The translations under genes were made by a program, and so were the position numbers. The notes below the pieces were generated by a model. That model saw only the letters and a program-made list of their open reading frames with translations. It searched no databases and was not told the DNA's origin. This document shows positions 57,422-64,000 of a DNA stretch of 64,000 bases, in pieces (position 1 is the first letter of the stretch; each line of letters opens with the position of its first letter). Source of the stretch: the human T2T-CHM13v2.0 reference genome, Homo sapiens; assembly GCF_009914755.1 (NCBI RefSeq), contig NC_060931.1. The stretch is one strand, 5' to 3'.

Positions 57422-58906
57422 TAATATGTATTATGTATATGCAAGTATGCATGCATGCATAGATGTGTATGCATATATGTGTGTATGTATCAATCAGATA
57501 GTACACATATTTGATCTCATTTTGGACTTTGAAGGAGTGCATAATTAGATTATTTTGTTTCCATATTTGAAAACAAAATCTGTTTTCAATGGTAAGCAGA
57601 AAAATTGTTGAAACATCTGTTACAGTGGCAAAAGGCTCTGACTCTTGTTTAAAATGAGTAAAATTGTGATACTTACTTTTAGAGTAAGATATATAATGAT
57701 AATAGTACAGTGTCCTACATCAGAGAAATGAACATCCATGTTTTTGTTTTCAAGTGGGATAATTGTAGGTGGAGTGTGTAAAAACTGAAGCTTATTTCAT
57801 GCACACATAGTATCTGTTCCCTTCTGGTGTTTTTAACTAAATGAAATATATAGGGAAGTGGGATTCATGCTTGCGATGTATCTTCTCGACTTGGGGCTTG
57901 TTCTCAGGGCCTTGCTTGTTTGCGTTCTGTGATGTTGTCCGCTTAGAGGTTTGTTCTTCAGCTGAGGGACCTGAACAACACAATGATGGGTAAGATGAGA
58001 GAGATTCCTGTTTAGACCATGTGGCCAGAGAGGGGGACAGTGTGTGTGACATGCAGGGTAATCACCTCATTCTGGTTTGTCCAGGACTGTCCCAGTTTTA
58101 GCACTGAGAGTCCCCTCAGTCCCTGGGCAAACCGAGATGGCTGGCCACCCTACTTGTTTATAGCTACTGTGGGTATAAAACTTGCCACACTAGAATTATG
58201 TCTTATCCCTACCACTGTCAAAGGCTGTACATCTAAAAGGAAGTATGGAAAGTAGAAAAGTAAATCTAAGATTAGCTAACTATCCTGTAAAGGCTAAGCA
58301 AGGCAGAAAGGTTTCATGAACAGAACTGAATTTCTTTTCAAAGCATTTTTCTTAGGAATGTATCATTGTCACTGTAGGAAGAAGTTGATACACTTCCATG
58401 GTATGCTAGGCTTATAAATTTGAGAAAAATTAACCACAAGATATTTCCGGGCCCCTAACATCTCATTTTGGGTACATTGTACCTTCACTCTAATTATTTT
58501 CCCTTTGTTCTTTTTCTGGACAACATTCAATGCTTGTTGAAACACACCTGTTGGAATTAGCCCAGTGAGCATTTCTCAGTTTGCCACTGGGAGATATTTT
58601 TCTTTCTTCTTGGTGGAATGCTTGACAAAAACATACATACTTTGAAGGGAGTGTAAAGCATGAGGCAAGTCAGAGGTGTGCGGAGGAGCTCTGTCACTGG
58701 GAGGGTCTTGACCATGGCAAATGTTGCAATGAAAAACACCAGGCTGTTAATTACCCCACAACTCAGGGCAACTCCAGCTAAAATGCCATTGCTTTGTGGC
58801 AAAGTATAACAAGAAACTCGAATCTGTGTACTCTGGTCCCTGTATGTATATTTTCTTCTGGAATATTACAGCCTTTTTCATTGTGCTTATAAATTTGAGA
58901 ACTAGC

Positions 58907-59284
<378 letters not shown>

Positions 59285-60379
59285 TTACGGCTCTCAGATG
59301 AAGAAACATTGCCTCCAAGAAACAGAAACTGTTACTTTCATATCTTATTTGAAAAATGGCAATGATTTTGGAGGACAGTCTGTCATTTTCCAGAGGAACA
59401 GATGTGACCCATATCCACAGCAGGATGATTCAGACCATTATAAACTTTGAGTAGGCTCTTCTGAATAACTCAGAGATCCTTGAGTTTACCTGAAAGTAGA
59501 GAAATGAATTAATGATGTAAGTCTGTAAGAAAGAGTGGACTCTCTGGCTGTTGTTTTTCTGAAGCCTATGAAACCTCGTAGATGGGCCCTTCCTATGTGA
59601 AGTAGGTCCCAGGTGTGAATGCCCTCTGTGCCTCCTCAACAGGAGACCCACACATGGGGACCACCCTGTGCACGCAGAGCAGTCCACTATCATCCCCACC
59701 TACAGTGATGCCTTGAGCCCCCTCTTTCACTATATTTTCCCGTGGCCTCACCTACGGGAACAGTTTGAGCAGATTTTGCAGGTTGTTAACATTAGAGAAA
59801 ACTTGCATGAATCTACATATCAGTTAAAATAATGAATAGTTCTTTTAGTCCTGCTCTAGCCTCTGCTGCCTTAAATCACATTTTGCAATTCTTTGAGGGT
59901 AGGGATTGATTTTTGTTCACCTTTGCATCTCTTGTATACAACACACCATAGCATACCACACATATTGATGTTCAAGAAGTATTTGTTTGGTTGAATGAAT
60001 GGAGCTTTGTCTTGTGCCTGACTAGTTAATAAATATTTTTATGTTTGTTTCCTTGTCCTTCTCTTTTTTGCATGGGGAGGGAGTGCCACAGCAAGAGGCA
60101 ACTAGAAGTAGTATTTCGTGGTGACTGCAGGACATGTCGTGCCATTCATTGAGCATTGGTGCTTTCTCTCATGTGGATCCTGCTGCCATCTGCAGTCTTT
60201 GTTTATGCTCCCCTTGCCCTCCAAAGTCTGGAGACAAAAGTGATAAAGTTGATTCATGCTTGGAGTATCCAGCGTTCCTTGTGTTGCTTTTCTCTCTTTA
60301 TTAACAGATGTAGATTGACTTAGTGATGAAGATGTTTCCTCAGTTGGTTCCATTTATGAAGGGCAGGGAAACTCAGAAC

Positions 60380-61135
60380 ACCTTCTACCATCTTCCCACA
60401 ATTTCTCGGTTGGCTCACACTTCCTATTCCAATTAGTCAGGGGGTTCACTCTTTCTCCCTGCCACCACCTTTGTTCTGGCCATTGGCATAATTCTGCTTA
60501 GATTCCTGCAGGAAATCTCAGCTGATCTCCAAGTATCCAGCTTTGTCCTTTATTCACCTCCTAATCCAGTTAACCAGATGTTTCTGAAGGTGGCATATGA
60601 CACCCCCACCCCACTCACCTTTAAAATCCTTTTAGTAGTTTCCGGGCCTCAAGATGAAGTTCGAGCACTGGTCCTCCTGGCCTTGTGCCGCCTGCCTCTG
60701 GCCTTGTCTGGCAGGCTTGTTTCTCCTTTTCCCTTCACAAGGCAGCCACTCTCAGCCTTGTACACTGTCCCAGCTGCCCCAGGTCTCTTGTCATGGGACT
60801 TTGCACATGCCGTCCCCCTGCCTGGAATGCCATCACCATGCTGGATTTTACTTTTAGCTTCAGATTTTATCTTACATTTCAGATCTCATCACTTTCTCTG
60901 AGACCATTTCCCAGGCTCCTGCCCTCACCCTGCTGCCGGCACACAGCAGGTTCAGTGTGGTTTCCCTGGGGTCTGGCGACACCTCTCCCTGTTGCAGGTC
61001 TTGTCTGCCGTGTGCTGCCATGGCTTGGGCCTTGCTTCTCTGTATATCATAAGCTCCTGAGGACAGACACTCTGTATCTCAGGCCCTAAAATAGTGCCTT
61101 GTGCGTCGTTGGCGATTGGTATTTGTTTGAATAAA
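60380..61135 (+). mobile_element. L2 3' region
   Basis: gggactttgcacatgccgtccccctgcctggaatgcc; taagctcctgaggacagac; tatttgtttgaataaat. Confidence 0.7.
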
Positions 61136-61929
61136 TTAATTGTTTTATGCCTAATATTAATTTTCTTTTCATAATTACCTGTCAAAGTACATTTGTGAAA
61201 ACAAAAAAAATCAAAGGAGAGACATCCTTTAATGATGTCAGTGGTGAGATCAGGTGGTCCATGCCTTCCTATCTCAGGTCTTGCAGGGTGGAAACGAGGG
61301 ATAAATGCCTGACGTTTCCCCTTGTCTGCATCTGCTATCCGTCACAAGAGGTGTTGGCTGGTGCAGTCACATCACACTTTTCTAAACTCAGAATTGAAGT
61401 GAGTTTTTTATTTACTTTTTTTTTAAGGACTTGTGTTTGGTGTTTTGGGGTGTTCTTACGGTTTGGGAAATTTTATGCTAAGGACTTGTTCTTTCCATTA
61501 AGTGCTCCTAGAAGAAAAATAAATGACAAAAGAAATAAAAATCCCAATGAATTGTGACATATTGTAATATGTCTTGTGCGTATCGGTGTACCTTGGCAGA
61601 TTATTCTGACCTAACTGTAGCTAATTTTCATTTGAGAAATACATGTCCATGAAGTTTATATAGTGTGTTCAAATGTAATTTTATTATAACCATATTATTA
61701 TAAAAAACACACATTTGTATAGAGAACACTGCAGCATCTACTTATTCCATTATTACAATGGTAACACCATTTATTTTTTATGAGTCACTTGTAGAATGAC
61801 ATTTTGGCAATAAGTCAATGAGTTTATCATGGAAAAGTCTTCCTCCCAACCTCCTCCTACCCTGAGGCTTTTCTATTCAGAGGGAATATCTTTTTCACCC
61901 TCATGCTTAAGATTCAAGGATAGAATTCA

Positions 61930-62470
61930 CTCTTTTTGATATATAGCTTGATGAATTTTGACAAACATACAGTGTTGATCCACTACCACAATCATAAAAT
62001 ATAAAATAGTTCTATCACCGCCCAAATTCTCCCACACTCCATTGTGATCAACTCTTCCTCCACCAGGAGACCCTGGCAGTCACAGATCTGTTTTCTGTCC
62101 CTATAGTTTTGCATTTTCTAAAATATCTTATGAATGGGATCCTAAAGTATTTAGCCTTTGAATCTGGCTTGTTTCAGTTCTCGTAATGCATCTGGTACTC
62201 ATCTCTTTGTTGCACATATCAGTACTTTGTTCTTCTTTATTCATAAGTAGTATTTTATTGTGTGCATGTACCACAGCTTGTTATTCTATTCCCCAGTTGA
62301 AGGGCATTTGGGATTGTTCCAGTTTTGGCCATTTGCAAATAAAGATGCTAGAAACATTCACAAATATGTTTGCACATGAACATAAGCCTTTATTTTGCCC
62401 AGTTACATGCTTGGAGTAGACTTTCTGGTAAGTGTATGTTTATTTAACTTTATAAGAAACTTATAAGAAA
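61930..62470 (-). mobile_element. L1M 3' fragment
   Basis: tatagcttgatgaattttgacaaac...gttgaagggcatttgggattgttccag. Confidence 0.75.
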
Positions 62471-62579
62471 CCTCAAAGTCCTCAGGGAAATAATCAGAAA
62501 CTTAGCTTGCTATACCTAACAAAACTATCATTTGAGGTAGGGGGCAGAGGGATAATGGCAGTTTTAGACATGCAAGCCA

Positions 62580-63465
<886 letters not shown>

Positions 63466-64000
63466 ATAAGGGCTCAAGAAGTTTACCACTTACCAAAGCT
63501 CTTTGAGAGAATCTAAAAAGGACACATTCCAGGGAGAAAAGTAAATCTGAGAAGAAGTAGAATATTAGGAGTGATAATGAACAAATAAGGTGGTAAAACA
63601 TATTGGTTAGTGTAAATGAATGTTGAATATTTTGAAAAGCAAAGAAATGTGGAATTGAAATCCCAAATTATAAGAGCATGGAAAGCAGTGTAGGAGCAGA
63701 GGGGATTAAAAACCTGTTAAAGTTACTGCTTTGTCTCATAAACAGATACAGAAACATATTAACTACAGACCTTGTTGCAGAATTTTTATATTTGGAACAT
63801 GTTCAGGTTTTACAGCACCTTCTTACCCCCTTTTCATTGAACTCTTGAAGATCTACTTCTGCTCCCACCAAAACAGAATCATCTTTGAGTTCTTACTCTC
63901 CTTGAACTTCGCTGGTATTGACTGTTCGGTTTACTTCCACCTTCTTTAACCACTCTCTTCTTTTGAATTCAATAAACAACACACTCCTGCTTATTTTTTC

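Overview
Primate (very probably human) genomic DNA, not prokaryotic. The window lies inside the long-intron neuronal adhesion gene SDK1 (Sidekick-1, + strand). It holds three coding exons with GT-AG boundaries: 13515-13674 (160 nt), 33436-33542 (107 nt) and 36386-36533 (148 nt). These splice in frame to give Ig domain 1 and the N-terminal half of Ig domain 2; I recall them as exons 2-4. The rest is intron, rich in Alu, L1, L2, MIR, MaLR LTR and DNA-transposon relics. Almost all ORFs in the supplied track are repeat-derived noise. I see no operon-like or enzymatic 'new system'. The most notable structures are: (1) a ~625-bp local inverted duplication (41252-41873 vs 44323-44950) that crosses three unrelated repeat junctions, with a direct-repeat flank and microhomologies typical of templated insertion; (2) exon phases that let exon 3+4 (255 nt) or exon 2+3 (267 nt) circles carry stop-free endless ORFs, with an ATG created at the 4->3 back-splice junction; (3) a 14-copy 57-bp E-box-rich minisatellite ~0.9 kb after exon 4; (4) two 5'-inverted L1 insertions, one forming a fold-back hairpin; (5) a young AluYb-lineage insertion; (6) a CpG-dense patch just upstream of exon 4. 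Subfamily calls and boundaries of old repeats were made by eye and are approximate.
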